Part shown: piece by piece, positions 44,413-59,933 of the stretch | How positions within the stretch are numbered: position 1 is the stretch's first letter | Layout: every line of letters begins with the position of its first letter | Origin: the human T2T-CHM13v2.0 reference genome, Homo sapiens | Assembly: GCF_009914755.1 (NCBI RefSeq) | Contig: NC_060946.1 | DNA: 64,000 bases | Direction: 5' to 3' (one strand) | Notes under the pieces: model-generated | Seen by the model: the letters and a program-made list of their open reading frames with translations, nothing else | The model's database searches: none | Told to the model about the DNA's origin: nothing | Translations under genes and position numbers: made by a program

Positions 44413-45140
44413 GGGCTGGTCTTTAACCTTCTCTGATCCCTGTGGTCCTGTAGCTGTAAGAGTTGATGTGCATCTCCCTGGAGAATCAGACTATTGGTCC
44501 ACCTGCCTCCTGTCCCTCACCACTTGACAGAAATGACAGTAATGTTCGGAACTCAAAATAGTGACAAGGATGAGCAATGCTTGTCTTGATGGGGGCTTTG
44601 CTTGGTTTCCTTTTTCTCTGAAGGCCCATGGGTTATTTAGTTTATTTGTCTCTCACGAAATTTGCCAGTCTACTTGCTGCTGACCCATTACTTAATATAC
44701 GACGCAGTCAGAACCAAATATATCCCAGCGAGGTGCCCCATGATGGGGTTATGAAGGGAGGCTGCTATCTAGCTGGCACCTCACTCCCCGCCTGCTACCA
44801 TCATAAAGTTATCAGTGCTGGAATGGATGGGGCTGTAACTCAGGGAGCCAGGAGGTGCTCATGGGGAGGAGAGACAATATCAATAATGACAAGGGCCCAG
44901 TCCCACACAGAACTGGGATACCCCGACACCAGTAGCAAGGACGGTCCATCCAGGGGTAGGAAGAAGTGGCTGGATGCTCTTCAAGCTGTGGTAAGACCTG
45001 AGTGTAGATGGTCAGTGATAGTAACAGAGGGACTGTTAACATAACACAATGACCATATATTCAAGAGCTTTGGGAAGTGTTTTACCAGTCTTATTTTAAA
45101 GCAATCATATGAGGAATACGTCAATGTTGTATGTCTATAA

Positions 45141-45910
<770 letters not shown>

Positions 45911-46147
45911 GACTTTAATTCTGAAAGCATTTTAGATTTACAGAACAATTGAACAGAAAGTACAAAATTCCTACATACCGCTTCTCCCTGTCCCCACAGC
46001 TCTCCCTATTACTGATATCTTGTGATGAACCAATACTGATACTCTATTAGCAGCAAAGGTCCATCTATACTCTTTCTGTTGTGTTCCTTGATGGGTTTTG
46101 ACAATTATATAATGTCATATATCCGTTGTTAGTATCATACAGGATAA

Positions 46148-46504
<357 letters not shown>

Positions 46505-48112
46505 TAAACTTTTGATTTGAAATAATTATGCAATCCCAGGAAATTGTAAAAATCACACATAACATTCCATGAAACCTTTCCCAGCAGCCCCCAGTGAGGG
46601 CGTCATGCATAGCCGCAGTACATATTGAAACCAGGACATCGACAGCGGTGCATTACTGTAATCCAAGCAGCCGTATCTTCAGGCCTCAAAACTGAGCATT
46701 TAACTACATCTATGCATTTAACACATATGTGGATTAAGTGGTTGGTTATTGCTTTTTATGCCAGTGGGTTCACACCACCTTTGTTCTATGCCCTTTGCTT
46801 TTTTCACATGTCATATCTTGCCTTGGGCCTCTTTCCACATTGCTTCATAGTGATATTCCTGATTCTCTTCGTCAGCTGCAGGGGACTGTCCAGAATGAAT
46901 GGACCTCTGTGTATATGACAGTTCTGTTCATGAGCATTCAGGTTGTTTCTTGCCATTTTGGTATTATAAATAACAGCACACTGAACATCCTTGTGTACAG
47001 ACAGTTGTGCGCATTTTGGAGGCATGGTTTCCTGGCAGGGGAACTGTTAGGTCAAGGGTGTGTCCAGTGTTCAACATTTCAATGAACCCACCCAATTCAC
47101 CTCCCTGGATGTTAACACGGACAGGTTGACTCATTTAGCCCTCACAAATCTATGGGGTAAATACTATGAGGTTATCATTTCCATCTGTAGGTGGGGAAGC
47201 TGAGGCTCAGAGAGGTGCAGCCACTAATTCAGGGTCACACAGTCCCAAGTGGCACAAAGCTGGACTCTCTGTCTGCCATGCACTGTGTCATTGGGGGTCC
47301 AAGGAAGGCTTGGCATTTTTAAAGGGACTTGCTCTTTCCACTTTAAGGATGCTACCTCTGTCCTCTCCTCCAAGACAGGCCTGGCCTGTCTGCATCTCTG
47401 GGCTCACATCTATTTTCTTAGGTGAAGAATGCGGGGCTCAGAAGAGCCCGACCAGGTGCCCATCTGGTGGCTTCTGACTGCAGCTCATAACTCTGCTTGG
47501 CTCTCCTCCAATTCTGAGAGGCTTCTCCCTTCCTTCTCCACCTCCATCCCAGCTGCTTCCACCCCTTAATGAGGTGAGCTTCACCCTGTAATGAGGTGCT
47601 CCAAGCCCAGAGTACATTTACTTCCCCTACATTTTTCCTGAGGGTGCTGATTAGAGTTGGTATCTGGGACCCAGCTGGCTGGGACAGCTTTCTTCAATTC
47701 TTCAAGCTCTGAATTAAAGGGTGTGAAGAGTGGTGGAGTCAGGAGAAGCGGGAGAGCTGCAGGGCTGGGCCTGGGTGGCTTCTCTGTGCAGAGGGCCTTG
47801 GACAAGCAAGTTCAGCCTCCCATGGCCTCAACTTGCCAGGGCTCTGCCAGTTCCCATAGAGATCTCTCTGCATGGTTGAAAGAGCCAAGGAGTCACTTGC
47901 CCACTTGGCCCTAAGAGCATCCCTGATGGGTGGAGAGTCCAAGGGCTGGAAAGGGACTTGGACTGCAGTCAGCCTAAGCCGCTCTTTGAACAGGGCAGGG
48001 ACCAAGGCTCAGAGAAGGGAAGAGACTTTCTCAGGGTCACCCAATGAGGCTACAGGGGACTCGAATCATGGTCACCTGACTCCTGAGCCAGTGTTCTGTT
48101 GATCTTGTTTGA

Positions 48113-48583
<471 letters not shown>

Positions 48584-49437
48584 TGAAATTTCAGTGGAAT
48601 TAAGAAAGATAAACCCAGGCTATCTTGGATGGTGGATGATGCTGGGGGCAAGAATTCTGGGCAGGAGACAACCAAAGTTGAGGGTGGTCAGCTCCACTCA
48701 AGGGTTTCTAGAGGCAGAGACCCTTGAACTGAATCTTGAAAACAGAATAAATTAAGGAGCGTGCTCTAGGCAGAGGAACCTGAATGGCAAAGACACAGTG
48801 GCTTGATTCAGCATGGAGCAGGTTCAGGGTCCTCCTTCTCAATGCAAGGCCTAGGGCCTCTGTCTTCCTGTTCATAAAGCATCAACCTAAGGGCCCCTGC
48901 ACTGGTGCTGTGAACCTAAGGGCTCTAATGGAGACAGGATTGCCATGTGGCCTAGCATCCTGGAGATTTCATTGATCCATCCTTGGACCCAGTACCCTCG
49001 AGGCCTGTCACCTCCTCTGCCCCATTCTGCCCAAATGCCTTCCCACGGCTGCAGACCCTGCATCCTCCTCCCTGCCCCAGCTGGTGACTTGGCTCTCAAC
49101 CTGACAGCTACTGCAACCAGGTCTATTCTGGGCTGCAGGCAGGGATTTATTCTGCATTTTCTGAGCATGTAGAATTTATTCATAAAGCTGGAATGCTGCT
49201 TGGGATGTAAACAATTAAATATTTTTTAAAAATACATGCTCAGAAGTGGCGATGCTGGAAGACGGAGCTCACTGGTAGTCCCACACCTTGGGAAGGTGGA
49301 GTGAGGAGATTAGGACACCTGCGGGACCCTGATTTCAGACTGGTTGAGCCACTCACTTGTTGAGTGGCTCTGTGAAAGTTCCTACCCTTCTTTTGGGTCT
49401 CTGTCTCTCCTAAATAATAACAGTAGCTCACATTTAA

Positions 49438-49641
<204 letters not shown>

Positions 49642-51518
49642 TAAGAGCTTTGGCTACTTCAACAATCTCATGGAGTAGATGCTATTATCTTATTTTACAG
49701 ATGAAGAAACTGAGGCTCAGAGGGGAGAAAGAACTTGCCAAATGGGGTGGACTAGGTGCTCTCCAGGGTCCCTTTTTCCTTGATTACCAGATACCCTATT
49801 CACCCCTTTTTGGAAGGGAGATAGTGATGGCTCAGTGAGAACTCCAATATGTATGAGTTCTGGACTCATCATTCAGAGACAAAGCATAACAATACTAGCA
49901 ATAACAATGACAGTGGCGATGATGATGGAATGAATTGTTAATATTTACTCAGAATTCATCTTCTGCCAGACATGATTTAAGTGCTTTGTATGGATTATTC
50001 CATTTAATCCTCATAACTCTGTGGTAGATTATACCCATTTTATGGATGAGTAAATGAAGGCTCAGAGAAGTAAAGTAAGTTACCTAAGGTCATGGACATA
50101 GGGAGGGGAAGAGCCCAATCTGGGACCAAGAGGTTCTGTCTTTAAATCCTACACCCTTATTCTTTACATCACTGAATTGCAGGGTTCATACCAATAAATG
50201 GAATTCATAATCATGCCTTTTTGTATGGTTGTTGCATTGATGAGATTATGTGCTTAGCACAGGCTCAGACGCATGGTGAGTACTCAGAAAATGCCAGCTA
50301 CTCTTGGGCTTCCCTTGGACCCAGGAAATAGCTTTAAAGGGGACAGTTTGATAGATTGAATGGCCCCTGCTCAGCCTGCCTTGGCGAGGGGCATGTGAAT
50401 GTGGAAAGAGCATTAGAGGGGACCATCTAGATCTGGGCTTGGTCCTGGACTCTACCTTGCTAGCTGAGTGATCTCAGGCAAGTCGTGCATAGACTTGCAG
50501 CTGGTCCATTCTTTGAGCCTTTGCCCCTGCAGGTGCCCCATGTGACATCTTCCAGCCAAGGTCTCCCTGACAACTCTGCTCCTCAGGTTGGGTCACCTGC
50601 TCTGGGACACACTCCTAGGTAGCTTGACACATTCAATGTCTTATTTCATTCTTAAAACAACCAGATGGGAGAGGAGCTACCCCATTTTACAGATAAGGCA
50701 ACTGAGGCTCAGAGAGCTGATATCTCCTACTTGAGATCTTGCAGCCAGGTTGAAATTATCTTTGGACAATCAGCTTCCAGTTCTTTCCACAATTCCCACC
50801 ACCTCAAAGATGCCTCCTTATCCATCTTTCTCCTCCAGCTTCTTGATCAAATTAGTTTGAGAGACACCCCACCCCCTCAACAGGCTCCCTTCCTCTTGTA
50901 AATTCCGCATACATGTTGGCATATTCAAGGTTCTGACAAGTCCTGCAAGAGGGAAACCTGTTTTGCTGAGTTTAGTTTGATGTTGCTCCAACTGATTTGT
51001 CCATAAAGCCTTCTTTTCCCCCAAACACCTGCTCATAGTCCCCAGAACACTGGGAATGGTTTGTGTGCTGTGTTCTCAGTTGTTAAGGTTCGGGCAATGA
51101 TTCATGTTGGATTATGCATAACTCAGCATCAATTTATAGATGGCACATCGGCCAGGCCTTTGGACAACTTTCTCCAAACCCAGTCAGGTGGAACAATATG
51201 TCCAGGTTTGTGGGGCTGCATGGCACCTGAGGGCAGCAGGACCTGGAAGGAGCCCTAAGAAACAGGAATGGATTTGAAGTTCTAGCCTCTAAGAATGAGA
51301 AGGTTACATTTTCCATGTTCTCAAAAATAGAACTTTTCTGGTTGTCCCTGGGCAGAAAGCCACAGCTGCCTGAATTGGATTTTCTCCCGGGGTTTCTCTT
51401 TCTGACCCATTTGTCATTTTTAAGGGAGGAAATCTCTGAGTGGGATCATAATAGAGTTGACATTTACTGAGCAGGTTGCCTGTTATGCATCCTGCCCGTA
51501 TAACCTCATTCATTCTTC

Positions 51519-51802
51519 TTTTATTTATTATTATACTTTAAGTTCTAGGGTACAGGTGCCCAATGTGCAGGTTTGTTACATAGGTATACATGTTCCACAT
51601 TGGTTTGCTGCACACATCGACTTGTCATTTACATTAGGTTTCTCCTACTGCTATCCCTCCCCCAGCCCCCCACCCCCAGACAGGCCCCAATGTGTTGTGT
51701 TCCCCGCCCTGTGTCAATGTGTTCTCATTGTTCATCTCCCACCTATGAGTGAGAACATGTGGTGTTTGGTTTTCTGTCCTTGCGATAGTTTGCTTAGAAT
51801 GA
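51519..51802 (-). mobile_element. 5'-truncated L1PA 3' end with 20-bp TSD
   Basis: ttatactttaagttctagggtaca...cccacctatgagtgagaacatg; TSD tataacctcattc(a/g)ttcttc at 51499-51518 and 51803-51822. Confidence 0.9.
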
Positions 51803-52337
51803 TATAACCTCATTCGTTCTTCACAAGCACTCCATGGAGTGAATTCTGTTCGTCATTCCCATTTTACAGAGGAGGAGACTGAGGCTCAAAGTGTTGACAT
51901 GACTTTGCCAACATCACGCGGCTGTAAGCAGTGGAGGTGGGATTTGAACTGAGGCAGTCTGTCTCCAGAACATTGCCTTTTCCTGTAGCAGCTACAGCCT
52001 TTTAGACTTATCTCTTCTCTACAGGCAGCCTCCTTCCTCACAGGCCTCCGAATTGTAAACCTCTGTGTGAGGAAAAGTGAACCAGATGCAGCAAGATTAT
52101 AAAGAAGTCACATAATGTTGAGTAATTCAGCAACAGCACAGCTATTGTTGGAAGGAGAAATAACTTGGTTATTAATAAATGCAGGAGGCCACAGTAATTG
52201 ATAGCAATTGAACTCATAGTGGGTGGGGAAAAACAGCTATGTTATTTCTCTCTCTCGCTCTCATTTTGTATCGACATAAAGGGAAAAACCTGCCTTTGCA
52301 GGTGGATTTGAGCAACTCAGAAACGGCAGTTTCATTA

Positions 52338-52686
52338 CTTTCCCTTGTTCCTTTTCCTCCCTTCCTCCCTTTTTCTTTCTTTCTTTCTTTCTTTCGTTCT
52401 TTCTCTCTTTCTCTCTCTTTCTTTCTTCTTTTTCTTTTTCTTCTCTTTGTCTCTCTTTCTGTCTCTTTCTCTCTCTTTCTTTCCCTCCTTCTTTTCTTTT
52501 CTTTTTCTTTTCTCTCTTTCTTTCTTTCTCTCTCTCTCCTTCCTTCTCCCTCCCTCCCTCCCTTCCTTCCTTCCTTCCTCCCTCCCTCTTTTCTTTCCCT
52601 TTCCTTTCCCTTTCTCTTTCCCCTTCCCTTCCCCTTCCCTTTCCTCTTTCTTCTTTTTCTCTCATTTCTCTTTTGTTTGTTCTCTC
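52338..52686. repeat. About 350-bp polypyrimidine low-complexity tract (TCTT/CCTT/TTCCC)
   Basis: Direct read. Confidence 0.92.
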
Positions 52687-54599
52687 AATTCAAATCCCAG
52701 CCTGCCTCTTACCAAAGGAGTGACCTGACAAATGGCTCAGGTGAGGCAGTTTGCCTGGGGTCACCTGGTTAGGTAACCACTCTTTCAGCTAAATCACTCT
52801 TTCCAAAACCACTGTCTCATGGATCATTAGATCCGCAAGAGATTCTGTAAATGCATTCTGAGGCCAACTAAGTCTGAACAGAATTTCCCCTTCTTACAGA
52901 TTCATAAGATATACTTTAAAGGCTCTGAGAAGTCCTGCAGTTAAGAAACTTATTTAACCAAGCAATGACCAAATTGATATGATACAATATTCATTTATTT
53001 CCCAGTGATACTGATGACCATTCCATAGAACAACCACTACAAGGTGCACCTTTGGGGAACTCTGATCCCCACCTGTGTGGCCGGCCACTCTGCCCTGCTT
53101 CACACCCATTCTCCAGGAGGGCAGTGAGGAAGGGAAATGGGGTAGGAAGGCAGGAACTGTGGGCCCATCTGCCATGGGGACCTGTTTCTCCCTAGCAACC
53201 CGAAAAATGGCTGACAACCAAAAGCACAGACCAGAAATGATCTCTGCACTTAGCTTTGGGATTTCCTTGTCTCCTAATCTCCTTGCCTCCTGGTGGGTGG
53301 AGAGAAAAGTACCTGGATAGAGTGTGTGATCCCCTCTGGAGTGGGCTGGGGGCAGGGGAAAATCCACTTCCCCCAATGGGGAGTTCCCTTTGAGGAATAA
53401 TTTCTGTCCTTTCTCTCTGTTTCTCTCTCTCTGCCTCTCCCTCTTTGTGTCTCTCTGCCTCTCTCACTTTGGTTTTATCTTGTATCCCATCTTCCCTTGC
53501 TGTGGCTTTGCAAAGAGCTGATGGTCTACATGGATGGTTCCTTGAGCATGGAGCCTGAGATCAGCCACAGCCGGGCAGAAATCACATCTTGTACCTCTTT
53601 GCACAAGAATTTTGACTTTACTGGGTCTGTTCTGCATTTGTGCACTGCCTCAGAGGGTTTTGGTGAGATGAGGCATGGAAAGCCTTTAGCTCAGTGCCTG
53701 GCACATAGGCTATGCTCAACACTCGATGGCTTGAGAAGAAGTGACCTCAGCTGACTCAGAAGCTCTGGGGTGTGACCCACATCCCAAGTGCACCAATCCA
53801 TTATCCATTCCACATGGCCTCTTTAAAAAGCAGTGAATAGACAAGAACCTGCAGGGGAAGTCTCTGCAGCCAGCAGGACAGGATAATCCCTTCTGGGCTG
53901 AAGGGTACCCTCCTTGGTTTTGCAGGTGGAGAAGGGAATTGCAATTTTTTGAGCACCTTTTCTGGGCCAGGCACTCTGCTGGGTATCTCACATGTAACCA
54001 TCTCATCTCCTTCTTGCAACCCTATGAAGAGGTGTTGGGGGTTTTAAGATTCCGTTTCACAGACAAACTGAGTCTCAAAAAGGCCGTGTACCTGGCTTTG
54101 TGCGACAAACTGGGAATAGCAGAAACAGGAATTGGACCCAGATCCAGTTTGGGCCAACACCCATGTTATTGCCCAGTTCCTTTTCTCCCTGCCTCAGGTG
54201 CCAACTCAGGGTTCTTGACCTCCCCTGGGAAGAGACTTTGGTCACTACCCATGTCCAAGCAAAGATAGAAGAATCCATGGGATTGGATTTTGTGCACCGG
54301 CCAGCCTTCGGGGAGCTGATAGTAGAAGATGCTTTTCCTGGCAAAGCTCCCTGTGTGCCCACCTGGATTGCACCAGCAGCATGCATCTCAGCTGCACCTG
54401 CAAATATCCCCCCTAGGTCAGGCAGGATTTAGAGAGTCCAGCCAGCATCCATTAACCACTCTTCTTTTCAGAAATATCAATTGCCAATTTCCTTTATGAC
54501 TTCTCCCAGCTCGTTGAGGCCAGAAACAGTTGCAAGTGTTTAGAGAGCAGGCATGGAGTAGAGCAAGAGGAGGGGACAGGACCTCACCTACCTAGAAAG

Positions 54600-54958
54600 A
54601 CATCTCCTATTTAGTTCACTCTCAATCCCCAGCACAGGAAGAAGAAAGTCTCATTCAGTGCTAATAGCCTTTAATGCCTCTCTCTAATATTTGCTTCTTA
54701 ACAAAGAGAGAGCAGATTTCAGGCTCACAGGTAACAGTATTTAATTAGAATCTAATGACATTATTGTGCTTGTGTAATATTTGTTTCTACTTTCTATTTG
54801 TGGCAGGTGATAATGAATTCTCATTTAACATAGTGTGATAATATTTCTGTTTACAGTGTATTTAAGTGAAGATGAAAAGTGAGTCCATTTAAAAGTAGAG
54901 TCACAAAGATATGGCAAAAAAGATGATATTTGAAGGACTGATTTTGGTGAAAATGTAG
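54600..54958. mobile_element. Charlie4-like hAT transposon fragment
   Basis: aaagagagagcagatttcaggctca...aaagtgagtccatttaaa...gatatggcaaaaa. Confidence 0.55.
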
Positions 54959-55222
54959 TTCTTCCACTTAGTATCAGCCTGTTTTCTGGTGACTTCTCTC
55001 AATTAGATTTTTAATCTATAAAATGGGATTAATAATAGAGCTTTTTAGGACTCTTGTGAAGATTTAATAATAACAATAATAACAAATAACTACAACTAAT
55101 AAGTACTGAGCTTTTTCCATGTGTCACTCCTGGAACAATAACCCAGGCTTTTCAACTGTAAAAGTCATGAGCTGAACAAAGACGCAATGTTGAATAAAAT
55201 CAGGTAAGTGAATTAGAACTGT

Positions 55223-56380
55223 TATCATCACCATCACCATCATCATCACCACCACATCATCATCATCACCATCAGCACCATCATATTGCCACCACTATCA
55301 CCATCATCATCACTACCATCACCATCACCACCATCATCACCACCACCATCACCATCACCACCATCATATCACCACCACCATCACCACCACCACCATCATC
55401 ACCATCACTATCATCATCATCATTATCACCATCATCATCACCATCATCACCACCATCACCATCATCACCATCATCATCACCATCATCGCCATCACCACCA
55501 TCATCATCATCACCATCGCCACCATCATCACCATCATCGCCATCACCACCATCATCACCATCACTATCATCATCATCACCATTATCACCACCATCATCAC
55601 CATCATCACCACCATCATCATCATCATCATCACACCATCATCACCACCACCATCACCATCATCACCATCATCATCATCACCACCATCACCATCATCATCA
55701 CCATCATCACCATCACCACCACCATCACCACCATCATCACCCCATCATCATCACAACCACCACCATCATACCCTCATCATCACCATCATCACCACCATCA
55801 CTATCACCACCATCATCATCACCACCATCACCATCATCATACCGTCATCAGCACCATCACCATCATCACACCACCACCATCACCATCATCATCACCATCA
55901 TCATCACACCATCATCACCACCATCACCATCATCATCACACCATCACCACCACCATCACCACCACCATCACCATCATCACCATCACCATCATCATCACCA
56001 TCACCCCATCATCACCATCATCATCATCATCATCACCATCACCCCATCATCACCATCATCATCACCATCACCCCATCATCACCATCATCATCATCATCAT
56101 CACCATCACCACCACCATCATCACCATCATCATCATCATCACACCATCACCCCATCATCACCACCATCACCCCATCATCACCATCATCATCATCATCACC
56201 ATCACCCCATCATCACCATCATCACCATCACCATCACCCTATCATCACCATCATCATCATCATCACCATCACCACCACCATCATCACCATCATCATCATC
56301 ATCACACCATCATCACCATCATCATCACTATCATCATCACTGTCATCACCATCATCATCACCATCATCATCTCCATCATT
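55223..56380. repeat. About 1.15-kb (CAT/CAC)n degenerate trinucleotide array
   Basis: Direct read; source of the spurious poly-His and poly-Met/Val ORFs. Confidence 0.97.
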
Positions 56381-56787
56381 TTTTAAAGTGACAGGATTTT
56401 TAAAAATTAGCCATGTTACCTGAGTCTCAGTTTCATCATCTATAAAACGAGCATAGTCTGTAAAATGAGGTTAATACAGTGATGCTCTTGTGACCAGTGC
56501 AGAGTAATTGGCACATTAGGAGGATGTCAGTAAGCAATATCTATTTGTAATGCCCTTAGTGATTGGGGCCAGACCTCTTCCTTGGGTAGGGTCAAAGTCC
56601 TAGATAAAGTCCTTTTCCAAATTTCTAGTTTTGCCATAAGCCAGATTGGTTCTTCAAGCTGTCTACTTGAAGAATTGGGCCCTCACAATCTCTTTCTGAT
56701 TGATTGAAAAATCCCTGTTGGTGGCTGTGATTCTTATTTCAAAGAAGGAAACACATTTATAGGAAAATAAGAGATGAAAGAGAGAAC

Positions 56788-57708
56788 TTTTTTTAGTTTT
56801 ATTTTTTAAGTTGACATATAATAAGTGTACATATTTATGGGGTACATAGTGGTGTTTCTAAACATGTACAGTTATCAGGGTAATTAGTGTATCCATCATC
56901 TTGAACAATTATCATTTATTTGTGTTAGGAACATTCAATATCCTCCTTCTAGCTATTTGAAACTATATAATATATTACAGTTAACTACAGTCATCCTACA
57001 ATGCTATAGAACACTAGAACGTATTTCTCCTATCTAGCTGTGATTTTGTGTCCTTTAACAACTCTCTCCCTATCCGCCCACTTACCTCCCCACAAACCCT
57101 TCCCAGCCTCTAGTATGCTCTATTCTGCTTTCTACTTTTATGAAATCTTTTTTTTTAGCTTCCACATATGAATAAGAACATGTGATATTTGTCTTTCTGT
57201 GCCTGGCTATTTCACTTAACGTCCTCCAGTTCCACCCATGTTGCCATGAATGACAAGACTTCATGCTTTTTTATGTCTGAATAGTATTCCATTGTGTATA
57301 TATACCACATTTTCTTTACCCATTTGTCTGTTTTGGACACCTAGGTTGATTCCCTCTCCTGGCTACGGTGAATCATGCTACAGTAAACATGGGGTACAGA
57401 TGTCTCTTTGATGCACTGATTTCCTTGGGATAAATGCCCAGTAGTGGGATTGCTGGATCATACAGTAGTTCTATCTATAGTTTTTTGAGGAAAGTTCCTA
57501 CTGCTCTCCATAGTTGCTGCACTAGTTTACATTCCCACCAACAATGTCTAAGAGTTCCTTTTTTTTTTTTTGCATCCTTGCCAGCACTTTTGCTTTTTGT
57601 CACCCCATCCTACTGGAGTGAGACGATACTTCATTGTGGTTTTGATTTGCATTTCCCTGATGATTAGAGATGTTGAACATTTTTTCATGTATTTGTTAGT
57701 GAAAATGT
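56788..57708 (-). mobile_element. L1MA 3' region
   Basis: gtacatatttatggggtacatag...gaatagtattccattgtgtatatataccacatttt...gtgggattgctggatca. Confidence 0.9.
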
Positions 57709-57750
57709 TTTAAGGACGACACTATTATTTGTTTTAAGAAGTCATTTATT

Positions 57751-58065
<315 letters not shown>

Positions 58066-58876
58066 AAGAAGTCATTTATTTTTCTATGGATTAAAAAAGT
58101 AGTGCTCAACCATGGTAGAAAATTTGGAAAATAAAAAATCCCTTTACCTAGCTGTGATGGTTAATATTTAGCCATATTTCCCTTTTATTACTTTTTACAG
58201 CAGTTTAGAATGATTTGCACAGTTGATATCACTATGATATCATTTTCTAATCTGCTTTTCACTTAGCATTCAGGTGTAAGCATTGTCCATGGTATGCACA
58301 GTCTTCACTGCTAATTTTAAATGGCTTTATAATGGTCCAAAGAGTGGCTCTCCATTGATTCTTTAATCCCGTCTGGTTCCTCTCCCCACCCCGTTACATT
58401 CCAGCCACACTGGTTTGCTTGGCATTCCTTTAACACACCATGCTCATTTCTACCCCAGGGCCTTTGCACTGCCTCCTTCAACCTCTGAAGCACTTCGCTG
58501 GTTCTTTATGTAGTACCTCCTTCTCACCTTTCATAGCTCAGTTAATACATCACGTCTTCAGATAGAACCCACTTTGACCACCATAGACACCAAACAACTC
58601 CTTTGGTCTCTCTTGATCTCAGCACCCTGCTTTAGTTTCTGTTTGGCAGAGGGCAGAGGGAACTTTATAATTTTATGGCTGGAAATGATCTTATCTATTT
58701 GTTTACTTGTCTGTTGTCACACTCCCTCAATGGACTATAAGCTCCATGAGGACAGGCACCTTGTCTGTCTTGCTCATTGATTTTGGTGGCAGACACAGTG
58801 CCTGTCACATGAGGGGAGCTCAGTCAACATGTACACAGTAAGCAGATGGCTAGTTGGATGGTTGGATGTGTGATTG

Positions 58877-59360
58877 TGTAGCAGGACGAGTCACAGACAA
58901 AACTCCTCAGACACCGGATTAAAGAAGGAAGAGGTTTATTTGGCCGGGAGTGCCGGCAGACTTGCGTCTTAAGAGCCGAACTCCCTGAAAAAGAAATTCT
59001 TGGCCTTTTTAAAGGCTTACAACTTTAAGGGGTCCGCATGAAGAGGTCGTGATAAATCGAGCAAGCTGGGAAACGTGACTGGGGGGACTACATGCATCAG
59101 CTAACAGAATAGAAAGTTTTGCAATGCTTTCCCATACAATGTGTGGAATTTACAGATAACACAAGTAGTTTAGGTCAGGGGTTGATGTTATTATTATTAC
59201 TTTTTTAACTCCTAGGGCCGGGTGGTGGTGCCAAGGTTGTCTGGCTATTTATCTTACTTCTGTTTGTTTCCAACTTTTTGCTTTCTCTTTCCTACTGTCT
59301 TGTGAACTAGGCAAGGTTGGGGGAGGAGGGCAGCAGGAGTAGTAGTGGTCTCCTTCCTTA
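58877..59360 (-). mobile_element. Solo ERV1 LTR, LTR2B-like (HERV-E/Harlequin family), 484 bp
   Basis: Minus strand begins TAAGGAAGGAGACCACTACTACTCC and ends GTCCTGCTACA; 4-bp TSD attg at 58873-58876 and 59361-59364; AATAAA on minus at 58935-58940. Confidence 0.88.
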
Positions 59361-59759
59361 ATTGGATGAGGAGTTGAAAGGATAGGTAGGTGGCTTGCAG
59401 GGGATAGTGCATGCCTGGATGGGTAGGTAAATGGATATGTGGGTGGGTGAATCAATCATAATTTTACCAACCATCCCCCAATTTCACAGTTAGAGTGCTT
59501 CCCCATGATATTTTTAATCGCTTTGAAAAAGTAAGCAATGCAAATGGCGAGGAAGTCGGATAAGCAAGTCTCTTGGGAAATCCGACTCCTCCAGGGCCAT
59601 TGCCTAGGGGCCCAGGCCTGGGCAGTTGTCCAAGCTCCCGGCTGAGGAGGCTGGCCTGGAGATTGGGAGGGTGCTGAGATTCTCCGAGGTCCTCTCGGGC
59701 GTTCATTCACCCCATGCCCAAGGCCTCACTGCCACGCCTCTGTTTTGTCCCCTTTGCAG

Positions 59760-59933
59760 TGGGTCGGAAGCAGTTCATGAGGTTTGAGTGGGCAAACTAC
59801 GCAGCTGAGGCCCTGGGCTGCGAGTATGAGGAGCTGAACACGGCCACCTTCAAGCACCACCTTCGACAGATCATCCAGCAAATGACGTTTGGGCCAAGCC
59901 GATGGGGCCTCGAGGATGAGGAAACCAGCTCAG
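59760..59933 (+). CDS. MYO18B: MYO18B exon (probably 13), 174 nt, phase 1-1
   Basis: cctttgcag|TG GGT...TCA G|gtacat; (V)GRKQFMRFEWANYAAEALGCEYEELNTATFKHHLRQ. Confidence 0.96.

Noticed and set aside
47455-47471. Second CTCF-like motif (minus strand GCCACCAGATGGGCAC)
   Set aside because: An extra G disrupts the conserved GGC core; too weak to call without ChIP data.
52239-52772. Hydrophobic Phe/Leu/Ser 'membrane protein' ORFs (also near 48100 and 24190)
   Set aside because: Translations of CT-rich low-complexity DNA.
55286-56386. 366-aa poly-His/Thr/Ile ORF (+) and poly-Met/Val ORF (-)
   Set aside because: The + ORF starts at TTG. Both are open only because the (CAY)n repeat lacks stop codons in those frames; there is no splice or promoter support.
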